Positions 1 to 10,496 of a stretch of DNA of 43,544 nucleotides are shown here, piece by piece; positions within the stretch are counted from its first letter, which is position 1; the number at the start of each line of letters is the position of its first letter. This DNA comes from Rhizobiales bacterium UBA697 (lineage in GTDB: Bacteria; Pseudomonadota; Alphaproteobacteria; Rhizobiales; Ancalomicrobiaceae): assembly GCA_002298965.1 (NCBI GenBank), contig DBMN01000355.1, positions 1 to 43,544 on the forward strand, in the 5' to 3' direction. A program made the position numbers and the translations under genes. The notes beneath the pieces were generated by a model that was not told the origin of the DNA, ran no database searches, and saw nothing but the letters and a program-made list of their open reading frames with translations.

Positions 1-207
1 CTCGCGGATGCGGCCGGGCGGGCGGTGCCGGTGCTGCCGATCTCGGGGCGCGACCTTTTGGCATCGGGGGCGAAGGGCGGGCCGGCGATCGGCCGCGTGC
101 TGGCGGAAATCGCCGACTTCTGGGAGGCCGAGGGCTTCCGCTCCGACCGCGCCGCGCTGCTCGAACGAGCAAATCGGCATTTGCTACGCATTTTACCGAA
201 GCCATAA
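1..207 (+). CDS. cca: CCA tRNA nucleotidyltransferase, C-terminal end (5'-truncated by window)
   Basis: Frame open from base 1; PVLPISGRDLLASGAKGGPAIGRVLAEIADFWEAEGF resembles the C-terminus of alphaproteobacterial CCA-adding enzymes; recalled position near hemF. Confidence 0.7.
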   Translation, partial: LADAAGRAVPVLPISGRDLLASGAKGGPAIGRVLAEIADFWEAEGFRSDRAALLERANRHLLRILPKP

Positions 208-272
208 AACCCGCCTGAAGACCCCGTCCGCATGATGGCACCATCGCAACATCTCGATGGTGTATCCGAGCC

Positions 273-1529
273 ATGGTCGATCTCGCCGAGGCATCCGCTT
301 TCGATACCCACAACCTTTCCGCAACGGAAGGTTGGTGGGGGCGTGTCGACTCGCTCGTTCAGCTGCGCTGGGCGAACGATCGGCGGACGCTCGAGGCCGG
401 CCGGATCGGCCGCGCGCTGATCTGGTTCGCCACCTGGTGGGGCCTCGTGCCCGTCGTCGAAGCGACGGCGGTGCATGCGGCGTCGGTCTGGGCGGTGATC
501 GCCCATGTCGGGCTGGTGCTGCCCTGGGCGCTGTTCGTCGCCATGCGGGTCGGCGAACTGTCGCGGCGCGAGCGTTCCGACGTGGTCGCCGCCGGGGTGA
601 TGCTGCTGGCGGTCCTGGTGACGCTGCTCGTCGACCACCACGAGACCGACGGCAATCATCGCCTGTTCGACGCCGTCGCGGTGTTGCCGCTGGTCCATCT
701 CGGGCTCTTCGTCCGGCCGCGGCCGGCGGTGGCGGCGGCGACGTGCGCCGTCGGGCTCGCCGCCTATTGGGTGGCGGCGCTGGCCTGCGAGCAGGGCGAG
801 ACCGCCGACGTCGGCGTGGCGACCGTGCTGACCGGCGTCGTGCTGGTCGCCTTCATCGCCGGCATCGCCCATCAGACCGAACTCGACCGCTGTCATCGCG
901 CCCGCATCCGCGCCGAACTCGCCGCCCACCGGCTGACCCATCGCGCCGACGAGTTGCGGGTGCTGAGCGAAGTCGACCCGCTGACCAAACTCGCCAACCG
1001 CCGTTCGATCGACATGCGTCTGCCGGCCTTCGCCGAGCGGTCGCAGGCCGAGGAGGAGACGGTGGCGGTGATGATGATCGACGTCGACTGCTTCAAGCAG
1101 TTCAACGATCTCTACGGCCATCAGGCCGGCGACCGCTGTCTGGCGGCGGTGGCGCGGGTGGTGGGCGACCAGGTCCGCCGCCGCGACGATCTCGCCGGCC
1201 GCTTCGGCGGCGAGGAGTTCCTGGCCGTGTTGCCGGGGGCCGATCTCGTCGTCGCCCAACGGGTCGCCGAACGCCTCCGGCAGGCGGTCGAGCGGCTCGC
1301 CATTCCCCATCGCGAGGGGGCGACCGGCGGCGTCGTCACCGTGTCGATCGGCTGCGCCGCCGGCGTGGTCGACCAGACGCTGCCCTTCGCCGACATTCTC
1401 GGCGAGGCCGATGCCGAGCTCTATGCCGCCAAGCGCGCCGGGCGCAACCGCGTCTCGCCGCCGGTGGCGGCGTCGCCCGACGACGCCCACGATCGCTCGA
1501 TCGTCCTCGACGCGCGTCGGGTGGCGTGA
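273..1529 (+). CDS. Membrane-anchored diguanylate cyclase (GGDEF domain)
   Basis: About 6 hydrophobic segments, then DPLTKLANRR, DVDCFKQFNDLYGHQAGD, RxxD I-site (RRDD) and GGEEF. Confidence 0.92.
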   Translation: MVDLAEASAFDTHNLSATEGWWGRVDSLVQLRWANDRRTLEAGRIGRALIWFATWWGLVPVVEATAVHAASVWAVIAHVGLVLPWALFVAMRVGELSRRERSDVVAAGVMLLAVLVTLLVDHHETDGNHRLFDAVAVLPLVHLGLFVRPRPAVAAATCAVGLAAYWVAALACEQGETADVGVATVLTGVVLVAFIAGIAHQTELDRCHRARIRAELAAHRLTHRADELRVLSEVDPLTKLANRRSIDMRLPAFAERSQAEEETVAVMMIDVDCFKQFNDLYGHQAGDRCLAAVARVVGDQVRRRDDLAGRFGGEEFLAVLPGADLVVAQRVAERLRQAVERLAIPHREGATGGVVTVSIGCAAGVVDQTLPFADILGEADAELYAAKRAGRNRVSPPVAASPDDAHDRSIVLDARRVA

Positions 1530-1533
1530 GGCC

Positions 1534-2454
1534 TCACGGCCACTTGGCGAGCGGCGGCAGCGACGACAGGATCGAGGCGACGTTGCCCCCGGTCTTCAGG
1601 CCGAAGACCGTGCCGCGGTCCCACAAGAGATTGAACTCGACGTAGCGCCCGCGCCGGACCAGCTGTTCCTCGCGATCGGCGTCGGTCCAGGCGGTGGTGC
1701 CGTTCGCCCGGACGATCTCGGGGTACACCTCGAGGAAGCGGGTGCCGACGTCGCGGGTGAAGGCGAAGTCGGCCTCGAAGTCGCCGGTGTCCAGCCGGTC
1801 GTAGAAGATCCCGCCGATGCCGCGCGGCTCGCCGCGATGGGGCAGGAAGAAATACTCGTCGCACCATTTCGAGAAGCGGGCGTGGTCGGCGACCGCGTGG
1901 GGGTCGCAGGCAGCCTTCATCGCGGCGTGGAAACGCACCGAATCCGGATCGTCGAGGGTCCGACGGCGATCGAGCACCGGCGTCAGGTCGGCACCGCCGC
2001 CGAACCAGCGCCGCGTCGTCACCACGTGGCGGGTGTTCATGTGGACGGTCGGCACCTGCGGGTTCCAGGGATGGGCGATCAGCGAGATGCCCGAGGCCCA
2101 GAAGTGCGGATCCTCCTCGGCGCCGGGGATCTCCTTGCGGAACTCCGGCGCGAAGGTGCCGTGGACGGTCGAGACGTGGACGCCGACCTTCTCGAAGACG
2201 CGGCCGTGCATCAGCGCCATCGTGCCGCCGCCGCCGGGCGTGCCGGTGTGGTCGGTGCGCTCCCACGGCGTGCGGACGAAACGGCCGGGGGCGGCGTCGA
2301 CGTTCGGCGTGGCGATCTCGTCCTCCAGCGCCTCGAAGGCGGCGGTGATGCGATCGCGTAAGGTCTCGAACCAGCGGGTGGTCGCGGCCTTCTTGATCTC
2401 GAGATCGGCGGGGAGCGGCGAAGCGGGCGGGGGCGTCGGGGCCAAGCGGGTCAT
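1534..2454 (-). CDS. hemF: Oxygen-dependent coproporphyrinogen III oxidase
   Basis: Motifs [51 protein letters not shown] at 2454 overlaps the trmL stop (ATGA). Confidence 0.96.
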   Translation of the reverse strand: MTRLAPTPPPASPLPADLEIKKAATTRWFETLRDRITAAFEALEDEIATPNVDAAPGRFVRTPWERTDHTGTPGGGGTMALMHGRVFEKVGVHVSTVHGTFAPEFRKEIPGAEEDPHFWASGISLIAHPWNPQVPTVHMNTRHVVTTRRWFGGGADLTPVLDRRRTLDDPDSVRFHAAMKAACDPHAVADHARFSKWCDEYFFLPHRGEPRGIGGIFYDRLDTGDFEADFAFTRDVGTRFLEVYPEIVRANGTTAWTDADREEQLVRRGRYVEFNLLWDRGTVFGLKTGGNVASILSSLPPLAKWP

Positions 2455-2957
2455 CCTCGGGCTGGGTCGGAGCGTCGTCTCAACTGGCGCAGCGCCTCGC
2501 CGACGACAAGGGCCGCAGCGATCGCGACGTTGAGCGAGCGCAGGCCCGGTCGCATCGGCACGATCAGGCGGGCGTCGGCGGTCTCGTGCACGGCATCGGG
2601 AACGCCGGCCGATTCGCGCCCCACCATGATCACGTCGTCGGGCATGAAGGCGAAGTCGCGATAGTCGGTCTCGCCGCGCGTCGTCAGCAGGACGAGGCGA
2701 CGGCCGGCGGCACGGCGGGCGGCGTCGAAGGCGACCCAGTCGTCGTGGCGCGTCAGCATCGCCTCGTCGAGATAGTCGAGGCCGGCGCGGCGCAGATTGC
2801 GATCGGTCACGGCGAAGCCGGCGGGCTCGATCAGGTCGACCGCCACGCCGAGGCAGGCACCGGTCCGAAGCAGCGTTCCGGTGTTCTGCGGGATGTCGGG
2901 CTGATAGAGCGCCAGGCGGAGGTCCGGTGCCGACTCGTCGGACGGGGCTGAAATCAT
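2451..2957 (-). CDS. trmL: tRNA (cytidine/uridine-34-2'-O)-methyltransferase, SpoU family
   Basis: [31 protein letters not shown]; alternative start at 2969. Confidence 0.92.
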   Translation of the reverse strand: MISAPSDESAPDLRLALYQPDIPQNTGTLLRTGACLGVAVDLIEPAGFAVTDRNLRRAGLDYLDEAMLTRHDDWVAFDAARRAAGRRLVLLTTRGETDYRDFAFMPDDVIMVGRESAGVPDAVHETADARLIVPMRPGLRSLNVAIAAALVVGEALRQLRRRSDPARG

Positions 2958-3290
2958 GGCTCGTTTCATCGTCGATAAGTGTTGTTGCGTAGGCGGACGT
3001 TTCGTCGCGGAAGGCGGCAACAAGCCGTTCACGCAATGAGACATTTCAAATGAAACAATTCCAAGGTCTGAGGCCCGAAAGCCCCGGCGACGCTGGACAT
3101 TGCGTTTGACCGGTGTCAAAACGACGGCCGATCGGAGACTGGGGGCGAAGGCTCTCGGTGTCCCTCTTTCGCGTGAATTCTCCTCACGTGTCATGTCGTC
3201 GGCAAGTCGAAGGACGCATGTCCTCCGGGCGACGGCGGCGGGCACCGCGGGGACGATCGATCCGACGACACGAATCGCGAGGATCCGACC

Positions 3291-3815
3291 TTGGCTACCT
3301 TGGACACCGCAGAACCGTCGCGCCGCGACTTCCTCTACATCGCCACGGGCGCCGTCGGCGCCGTGGGCGTCGCCTCCGTCGCCTGGCCGTTCATCGATCA
3401 GATGAACCCCGACGCCTCGGCGCTGGCGCTCGCCTCGACCGAGGTGGACATCTCCGCCGTCGCGCCGGGCCAGATCATCACCGTCAAGTGGCGCGGCAAG
3501 CCGGTCTTCGTGCGCAACCGCACGCCGGAAGAGCTGAAGAAGCTCGCCGCGATGGACACGAAGGCGCTCAAGGACCCGCAGTCCGACGCCGATCGCGTCA
3601 AGAAGGGTCACGAGAACATCCTCGTGGTCGTCGGTGTCTGCACCCATCTCGGCTGCGTTCCGACCGGTCACGCCGGCGAGTACGACGGCTGGTTCTGCCC
3701 GTGCCACGGCTCGGTCTACGACGCCTCCGGCCGCATCCATGCCGGCCCGGCGCCGCTGAACCTGCCGGTTCCGCCCTACGAGTTCCTGTCCGACAAGGTC
3801 GTGAAGATCGGCTGA
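3291..3815 (+). CDS. petA: Ubiquinol-cytochrome c reductase Rieske Fe-S subunit
   Basis: TTG start after GAGG; Tat motif SRRDFL; CTHLGC and CPCHGS boxes. Confidence 0.97.
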   Translation: MATLDTAEPSRRDFLYIATGAVGAVGVASVAWPFIDQMNPDASALALASTEVDISAVAPGQIITVKWRGKPVFVRNRTPEELKKLAAMDTKALKDPQSDADRVKKGHENILVVVGVCTHLGCVPTGHAGEYDGWFCPCHGSVYDASGRIHAGPAPLNLPVPPYEFLSDKVVKIG

Positions 3816-3837
3816 CGCCGTCGAGGGAGAGCAAGAC

Positions 3838-5067
3838 ATGAGCGGTCATTCGACCTATTCGCCTTCGAACGGCTTCACGCGTTGGCTCGACGCCCGCCTG
3901 CCGATCGTTCGTCTCGGCTACGACAGCTTCGTCGCCTATCCGACGCCGCGCAACCTGAACTACTGGTGGGCGTTCGGCGCGATCCTCTCGATGATGCTCG
4001 CCGTGCAGCTGATCACCGGCATCGTCCTGGTGATGCACTACACCCCCCACATCAGCCTCGCCTTCAACTCCGTCGAGCACATCATGCGCGACGTGAACTG
4101 GGGCTGGCTGCTGCGCTACATGCACGCCAACGGCGCGTCGATGTTCTTCATCGCCGTCTACGTCCACATCCTGCGCGGTCTCTACTACGGCTCCTACAAG
4201 GCGCCGCGTGAGATCCTGTGGATCCTCGGCGTGGTGATCTATCTCCTCATGATGGCGACCGCCTTCATGGGCTACGTGCTGCCGTGGGGCCAGATGTCCT
4301 TCTGGGGCGCCACCGTCATCACCAACCTGTTCTCGGCCATTCCTCTCGTCGGCGAGCCGATCGTGACCTGGCTGTGGGGCGGCTTCTCGGTCGACAACCC
4401 GACGCTCAACCGCTTCTTCTCGCTGCACTATCTCCTGCCGTTCGTCATCGTCGGCGTGGTGATCCTGCACGTGTGGGCGCTGCATGTCGTCGGCCAGAAC
4501 AACCCGACCGGCGTGGAACTCAAGACCGAGCAGGACAGCGTGCCCTTCACGCCCTACGCGACCGTCAAGGACGCGTTCGCGATGTCGGTGTTCCTGATCT
4601 TCTTCTCGTGGTTCCTGTTCTACAGCCCGAACTACATGGGTCACCCGGACAACTACATCCCGGCCAACCCGATGGTCACCCCGGCGCACATCGTTCCGGA
4701 ATGGTACTTCCTGCCGTTCTACGCGATCCTGCGCTCGATCCCGGACAAGCTCGGCGGCGTCATCGCCATGTTCGGCGCCATCGCGGTGATGTTCGTGATG
4801 CCGTGGCTCGACCGTTCGCCGGTCAAGTCGGCGACCTATCGCCCGCTCTACAAGCAGTTCTTCTGGATCTTCGTCGCCTGCGGCATCGGTCTCGGCTATC
4901 TCGGCTCGCAGCCGGCCGAGGGCGGTTACGTCATCGCCTCGCGCATCCTGACCGCTTGGTACTTCCTCCACTGCCTGGTGATCGTGCCGGTGCTCAGCTT
5001 CATCGAGAAGCCGCGTCCGCTGCCGGAGTCGGTCACCGCCGCCGTTCTCGCCAAGAACGCGCACTGA
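3838..5067 (+). CDS. petB: Cytochrome b
   Basis: [38 protein letters not shown]. Confidence 0.98.
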   Translation: MSGHSTYSPSNGFTRWLDARLPIVRLGYDSFVAYPTPRNLNYWWAFGAILSMMLAVQLITGIVLVMHYTPHISLAFNSVEHIMRDVNWGWLLRYMHANGASMFFIAVYVHILRGLYYGSYKAPREILWILGVVIYLLMMATAFMGYVLPWGQMSFWGATVITNLFSAIPLVGEPIVTWLWGGFSVDNPTLNRFFSLHYLLPFVIVGVVILHVWALHVVGQNNPTGVELKTEQDSVPFTPYATVKDAFAMSVFLIFFSWFLFYSPNYMGHPDNYIPANPMVTPAHIVPEWYFLPFYAILRSIPDKLGGVIAMFGAIAVMFVMPWLDRSPVKSATYRPLYKQFFWIFVACGIGLGYLGSQPAEGGYVIASRILTAWYFLHCLVIVPVLSFIEKPRPLPESVTAAVLAKNAH

Positions 5068-5093
5068 AACGGTAGAGATCGGGAGACATAGAC

Positions 5094-5957
5094 ATGAACA
5101 CGATCCTCTCCGCTTCCAAGGTCGTCCGGGCGCTCGGCGCCGCCGCGCTCCTGGCCGGCATCGCCTTCGCCGCCCCGGCGTCGGCGGCCGAGACCGCCGC
5201 GCACGGCCCGGTGGTGAACACCTATTCCTGGTCGTTCGCCGGTCCCTTCGGCCGCTTCGACAAGGGCCAGCTGCAGCGCGGCTACAAGGTCTACAAGGAA
5301 GTCTGCGCCAACTGCCACTCGATGAACCTCATCGCGTTCCGCAACCTCGCGGACGAGGGTGGTCCCGGCTTCACCTTCGACCAGGCCAAGGCGCTCGCCG
5401 CCGAGATCAAGGTCAAGGACGGCCCGAACGACAAGGGTGCCATGTTCGATCGCGCCGGCCGCGCCTCGGACAAGTTCCCGGCGCCGTTCCCGAACGACGA
5501 GGCGGCCCGTGACAGCTTCGGTGGCGCCCTGCCGCCGGATCTGTCGCTGATCGCCAAGGCGCGCGCCGCCCATCGCGGCACCGGCTTCCTGACCGATCCC
5601 TTCACGCTCTATGCGGAAGCCGGTCCGGACTACGTCGTCAGCCTGCTGACCGGCTACGTCGACGCGCCGCACGGCATCACCTGCGACGGCGCGCTGCAGT
5701 ACAACCAGTCGTTCATCGGCGGCAACTGCATCGCCATGCCGGCCCCGCTGACAGACGACATCGTCGCCTACACCGACGGCACCAAGGGCACCGTCGAGCA
5801 GTATGCCAAGGACGTCGCCGCCTTCCTGATGTGGACCGCCGAGCCCAAGCTCGAGGCCCGCAAGTCGACCGGCCTCAAGGCGATCATGTTCCTCGTGGTC
5901 TTCGCGGGTCTTCTCTACCTGTCGAAGCGCAAGGTGTGGTCGAACGTCGCCCACTGA
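5094..5957 (+). CDS. petC: Cytochrome c1
   Basis: Signal peptide, CANCH heme site, PPDLSL, axial Met in IAMP, C-terminal anchor helix. Confidence 0.97.
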   Translation: MNTILSASKVVRALGAAALLAGIAFAAPASAAETAAHGPVVNTYSWSFAGPFGRFDKGQLQRGYKVYKEVCANCHSMNLIAFRNLADEGGPGFTFDQAKALAAEIKVKDGPNDKGAMFDRAGRASDKFPAPFPNDEAARDSFGGALPPDLSLIAKARAAHRGTGFLTDPFTLYAEAGPDYVVSLLTGYVDAPHGITCDGALQYNQSFIGGNCIAMPAPLTDDIVAYTDGTKGTVEQYAKDVAAFLMWTAEPKLEARKSTGLKAIMFLVVFAGLLYLSKRKVWSNVAH

Positions 5958-5985
5958 GGCGCCGTCCGAGGCACGACATCGCAAG

Positions 5986-6016
5986 AAGGGCTCCCGGGCG
6001 ACCGGGGGCCCTTTTT
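5986..6016 (+). terminator. Intrinsic terminator of petABC
   Basis: Stem AAGGGCTCCCGG / CCGGGGGCCCTT with GCGA loop, running into a T-tract. Confidence 0.85.
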
Positions 6017-6133
6017 CGTCGCCGGCGGTATCCGGGCATCGGACCGTCCGGGCAGCGGCCATGCGGCGGGCGTTCTTGGCGTCGTCGCGGTCGGCTCCTA
6101 ACCTGCCGCCCCATTCGCGAGAGGGCACTTCCG

Positions 6134-6718
6134 ATGATTCTCGGCATCTTCTGCGGCTCCGCCGACGGCACGAACCCCATCCACCGACAGACCGCCCTCG
6201 ACGTCGGTCGACGGCTCGCCGCGGAGGGGATCGGGATCGTCTACGGCGGCGGGCGGGTCGGCCTGATGGGCGCGGTCGCCGACGGGGCGCTGGCGGCGGG
6301 CGGCCGGGTGATCGGTGTCATCCCGCGCGCCCTGGTCGACCGCGAGCTCGCCCATCCCGGCCTCACCGAGATGCGGATCGTCGAGACGATGCACGAGCGC
6401 AAGGCGGCGATGGCCGAGATCGCCGACGGGTTCGTCGCTCTGCCGGGCGGTGCCGGCACGCTCGACGAGATCTTCGAACAATGGACCTGGGCGCAGCTCG
6501 GCATCCACGCCAAGCCCTGCGGCTTCCTCGACGTCGGCGGCTACTACCGGTCGCTCCGGGCGATGATCGACACGATGGTCGCCGAGGGCTTCACCGGCGC
6601 GCGCCATGCCGAGATGCTGGTCTTTTCCGACGACATCGACACGCTCGTCGCGCGGTTCCGCGCCTACGCGCCGCCGTCGGCCAAGTGGACGACCGCCGGC
6701 GAGACGGTGAAGCCGTGA
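6134..6718 (+). CDS. LOG family (TIGR00730) nucleotide 5'-monophosphate phosphoribohydrolase
   Basis: IFCGS, VYGGGRVGLMG, MHERKAAM, PGGAGTLDE. Confidence 0.93.
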   Translation: MILGIFCGSADGTNPIHRQTALDVGRRLAAEGIGIVYGGGRVGLMGAVADGALAAGGRVIGVIPRALVDRELAHPGLTEMRIVETMHERKAAMAEIADGFVALPGGAGTLDEIFEQWTWAQLGIHAKPCGFLDVGGYYRSLRAMIDTMVAEGFTGARHAEMLVFSDDIDTLVARFRAYAPPSAKWTTAGETVKP

Positions 6719-6814
6719 GCGCGACGTCGCGGCGGGAATTCCCGGGTAATCCAGGATTGCATTGCGGCGCGGAATGATGACACTCGGGCGCGACGACCAA
6801 CGACGGGGACGACC

Positions 6815-7696
6815 ATGACGGCATCGGTGATCGGGGTGATCGGCGGCTCGGGGCTCTATGACCTTCCGGGTCTGACCAACGCCGAATGGGTGAAGGTCGA
6901 AAGCCCCTGGGGGCAGCCGTCGGACGAGTTGCTGATCGGCGAGATCGCGGGCAAGAAGCTGGTCTTCCTGCCGCGCCACGGCCGCGGCCACCGCGTGCCG
7001 CCCTCCGAGATCGACTACCGCGCCAACATCGACGCGCTGAAGCGCGCCGGCGTCACCGACGTGATCTCGGTCTCGGCGGTGGGCAGCTATCGCGAGGACC
7101 TCGCGCCCGGCACCTTCGTGCTGGTCGACCAGTTCGTCGATCGCACCGTGCGGCGCGCCTCGTCCTTCTTCGGCAAGGGCTGCGTCGCCCATGTCGCCTT
7201 CGGTCATCCGACCAGCCCCGGTCTGATGGACCGGCTCGAGGCGGCGGCGAAGGCGGAAGGCATCGCCGCGGTGCGCGGCGGCACCTATGTCTGCATGGAG
7301 GGGCCGCAGTTCTCGACCCTCGCCGAGAGCCGCTGGTACAAGTCGGCCGGCTTCGACGTGATCGGCATGACCAACATGCCGGAGGCCAAGCTCGCCCGTG
7401 AGGCCGAGCTGCCCTACGCCACCGTCGCCATGGTCACCGACTTCGACTGCTGGCACCCCGACCACGACCACGTCGACGTCAAGTCGGTGATCGCGGTCGC
7501 CCACGCCAATGCCGACAAGGCCAAGCGCCTCGTCGCGCGTTTCGCGACCGATTTCCCGGCCGAGCATCCCGCCTGTCCGATCGGCTCGGACACGGCGCTC
7601 GACTTCGCCATCATGACGGCGCACGACGCCCGCGACCCGGCGGTTCTCGCCAAGCTGGACGCCGTCGCCGGGCGGGTGCTCTCCCGTCGTTCCTGA
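6815..7696 (+). CDS. mtnP: S-methyl-5'-thioadenosine phosphorylase
   Basis: IGGSGLY, PRHGRGH, EGPQFST, GMTNMPEAKLAREAE, TDFDCWH. Confidence 0.95.
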   Translation: MTASVIGVIGGSGLYDLPGLTNAEWVKVESPWGQPSDELLIGEIAGKKLVFLPRHGRGHRVPPSEIDYRANIDALKRAGVTDVISVSAVGSYREDLAPGTFVLVDQFVDRTVRRASSFFGKGCVAHVAFGHPTSPGLMDRLEAAAKAEGIAAVRGGTYVCMEGPQFSTLAESRWYKSAGFDVIGMTNMPEAKLAREAELPYATVAMVTDFDCWHPDHDHVDVKSVIAVAHANADKAKRLVARFATDFPAEHPACPIGSDTALDFAIMTAHDARDPAVLAKLDAVAGRVLSRRS

Positions 7697-7720
7697 ACTT
7701 CATTTCCGAGACCCATTCCC

Positions 7721-8248
7721 ATGAACCTTCGTGACGCCATTCGCTCGATCCCGGACTATCCCAAGCCCGGCATCATCTTCCGCGACATCACCACCCTGCT
7801 CGGCAATCCGCGCGCCTTCCGTCGTTCGGTCGACGAACTGGTGCAGCCCTATGCCGGCACCGGCATCGAGAAGGTGGCGGGCATGGAGGCGCGCGGCTTC
7901 ATCCTCGGCGGGGCGGTGGCGCATCAGCTCTCGGCCGGCTTCGTGCCGATCCGCAAGAAGGGCAAGCTGCCGCACGAGACGGTGTCGATCGCCTACAGCC
8001 TCGAATACGGCGTCGACGAGATGGAGATCCATCGCGACGCGATCGTGGCGGGCGAAAAGGTGGTGCTGGTCGACGATCTGATCGCCACCGGCGGCACGGC
8101 GACCGCCGCCGTGCAGCTCCTGCGCAACCTCGGCGCCGACGTGGTGGCGACCTGTTTCGTCATCGACCTGCCGGACCTCGGCGGTGCCGACAAGCTGCGC
8201 GCCATGGGCGTGCCGGTGCGCTCGCTGGTCAGCTTCGAGGGGCACTGA
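7721..8248 (+). CDS. apt: Adenine phosphoribosyltransferase
   Basis: [36 protein letters not shown]. Confidence 0.97.
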   Translation: MNLRDAIRSIPDYPKPGIIFRDITTLLGNPRAFRRSVDELVQPYAGTGIEKVAGMEARGFILGGAVAHQLSAGFVPIRKKGKLPHETVSIAYSLEYGVDEMEIHRDAIVAGEKVVLVDDLIATGGTATAAVQLLRNLGADVVATCFVIDLPDLGGADKLRAMGVPVRSLVSFEGH

Positions 8249-8253
8249 GCCCC

Positions 8254-9273
8254 TCACAGCACCGCGTCGGGCTCCAGCACGCACCAACCGTCGGCGCGGG
8301 CCTCGATCTGCAGCGTCGCGTGGCCGATGTCGAAGCGCTCCTCCAGCATCGCCGCGGCGTCGCGCAGGAAGGCGTCGCCGGGGTGGCCGTCGGGCATGAC
8401 GAGATGGGCGGTCAGCGCCACCTCGGTGGTCGACATCGCCCAGACGTGGAGGTCGTGCAGGGCGGTGACGCCGGGAAGGCTCGTCAGCGCCGCGCGCACC
8501 GCGGCCGGGTCGATGCCCGGCGGCACCGCTGCGACCGAGAGCACGGCGCTCTCCTTCAGAAGCCCCCAGGTGCCCCACAGCACGATCGCCACCACCACCA
8601 GTGTGACGATCGGATCGATCGCCACGAGGCCGGTCAGCCACACCGCGAGGCCGGCGACGACGACGCCGGCGGAGATCAGCGCGTCGGTCAGCATGTGCAG
8701 GTAGGCGCCGCGGATGTTGAGGTCGCCCTTGGAGCCGCGGGCGAAGAGCCAGGCGGTGAAGCCGTTGACGGCGATGCCGATGCCGGCGACCACCATCATC
8801 GTCGGGCCGGAGACCGGCTCGGGCGTGACGAGCCGCTGCACCGCCTCCAGCGCCAGCGCGCCCAGCGCCGCGACCAGGAAGACGGCGTTGAACAGCGCCG
8901 CGAGGATCGAGGTGCCGGCGAAGCCGTAGGTGAAGCGGGCGCTCGGTGGGCGCTTGGCGGCGCGGTCGGCGAGCCAGGCGACGACGAGGGCGAGCACGTC
9001 GGAGAGATTGTGGCCGGCGTCTGCGACCAGCGCCATCGAGTTGGCGGCGAGGCCGAAGCCGATCTCGACCGCGACGAAGGCGGTGTTCAGCACGATGCCG
9101 ACGGCGAAGGCGCGGCCGAAGTCGGCGGGCGCATGGACATGGCCGCCGGGGCCGTGACGGTGGCCGTGATCATGGTCGTGGTCATGATCGTGCCCGTGGT
9201 CATGATCGTGACGATGCCCGTGATCGTGATCATGGTCGTCGTGATCATGGTGACGATGTGCGTCGGCGCTCAT
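8254..9273 (-). CDS. Cation diffusion facilitator (CzcD/ZitB-like) with His/Asp-rich N-terminus
   Basis: ADAGHNLSD, AYLHMLTD, HDLHVW, HATLQIE; ATG at 9273 preceded by GAGG. Confidence 0.93.
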   Translation of the reverse strand: MSADAHRHHDHDDHDHDHGHRHDHDHGHDHDHDHDHGHRHGPGGHVHAPADFGRAFAVGIVLNTAFVAVEIGFGLAANSMALVADAGHNLSDVLALVVAWLADRAAKRPPSARFTYGFAGTSILAALFNAVFLVAALGALALEAVQRLVTPEPVSGPTMMVVAGIGIAVNGFTAWLFARGSKGDLNIRGAYLHMLTDALISAGVVVAGLAVWLTGLVAIDPIVTLVVVAIVLWGTWGLLKESAVLSVAAVPPGIDPAAVRAALTSLPGVTALHDLHVWAMSTTEVALTAHLVMPDGHPGDAFLRDAAAMLEERFDIGHATLQIEARADGWCVLEPDAVL

Positions 9274-9326
9274 GCTTCGTCCTCTCGCAGATGCGAGACC
9301 ATGCCTCGGGGCCCGCGCGGATACAA

Positions 9327-10385
9327 TTACAGTCCGAGCGGCCGGGCGGGTGCCCATTTGACGTCGTCGATGCGCGGCGCGCCGGTCGCCAGCATCACCA
9401 GCCGATCGAAGCCGAGGGCGATGCCGCTGGTCGGCGGCATGGCGCCGAGGGCGGCGAGGAAGTCCTCGTCGATCGGGTAGCGCTCGCCCCAGATCGTCTC
9501 CTTCGCCGCCATCTCGAGCCCGAAACGGCGGCGCTGCTCGACCGGGTCGGTCAGTTCGCCGAAGGCATTGGCGAGCTCGACGCCGCAGACCCAGAGCTCG
9601 AACCGCTCGGCGACGCGGGCATCGTGCGGTGAGGGGCGGGCGAGCGCGGCCTCGCGCGACGGGTATTCCATCAGGATCGCCGGGCGGCCGTCGCCGAGCG
9701 CCGGCTCGATTCTCTCCGCCAGCACGCGGGAGAAGACGTCGGACCAGCCGTCGTCGTCCGACACGCGGATGCCGGCGGCGCGGGCGCCCGCGGCGAGGCG
9801 GTCGCGATCGGGCTCGAGAGTCGGGTCTTCGGGGAGGGTGGCCAGCAGATCGATGCCGGCATGCCGCGCGAAGGCCTCGGCGCAGGTGATGCGCTCCGGT
9901 GTGGCGAAGGGATCGGCGCTGCGGTCGCGGCGGCGGAATTCGCGCGTGCCGACGGTCTCGGCGGTAAGCCGCATCAGGTCGGCGCAGTCGTCCATCAGCG
10001 TCTCGTAGGGCGCGTGCGCGCGGTACCATTCGAGCATGGTGAACTCGATGGCGTGGAGTGGTCCGCCCTCGCGGTTGCGCCAGACGCGGGCGAAGTCGAA
10101 GATCTTCTCCTCGCCCGCCGCCACCAGCTTCTTCATGGCGAACTCGGGCGAGGTGTGGAGGAAGCGCGTCTCGGCGACGCCGTCGGCGCCGATCGGGGTC
10201 GCGGCGAGGGCGTGGAGATGGGTCTCGTTGCCGGGCGAGACCTGGAGGGCGTCGCATTCGACCTCGACGAAGCCGTCGGCCTCGAAATGCGCCCGGATCG
10301 CGCGCTTGACGGCGTTGCGGGCGAGAAGGAGGGGGCGACGGTCGGCGTGAGCGGCGCGATCCCACCAGGAAGAGGCGGCTTTCAT
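9327..10385 (-). CDS. epmA: EF-P lysine aminoacylase
   Basis: LHTSPEFAMKKL, EFTMLEWYR, ERFELWVCGVELANAFGEL, GIALGFDRL; divergent from efp. Confidence 0.95.
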   Translation of the reverse strand: MKAASSWWDRAAHADRRPLLLARNAVKRAIRAHFEADGFVEVECDALQVSPGNETHLHALAATPIGADGVAETRFLHTSPEFAMKKLVAAGEEKIFDFARVWRNREGGPLHAIEFTMLEWYRAHAPYETLMDDCADLMRLTAETVGTREFRRRDRSADPFATPERITCAEAFARHAGIDLLATLPEDPTLEPDRDRLAAGARAAGIRVSDDDGWSDVFSRVLAERIEPALGDGRPAILMEYPSREAALARPSPHDARVAERFELWVCGVELANAFGELTDPVEQRRRFGLEMAAKETIWGERYPIDEDFLAALGAMPPTSGIALGFDRLVMLATGAPRIDDVKWAPARPLGL

Positions 10386-10496
10386 GACTTTTTGCTTCCC
10401 TCCATGCGCGATCCGTGAGAGAGGAGACGCCGAGATCGTGCGACCCGTCGGGTCTGCGCGCGCCGTTTCGTATTCCTTCTCAGAGGTCCGCATCCC

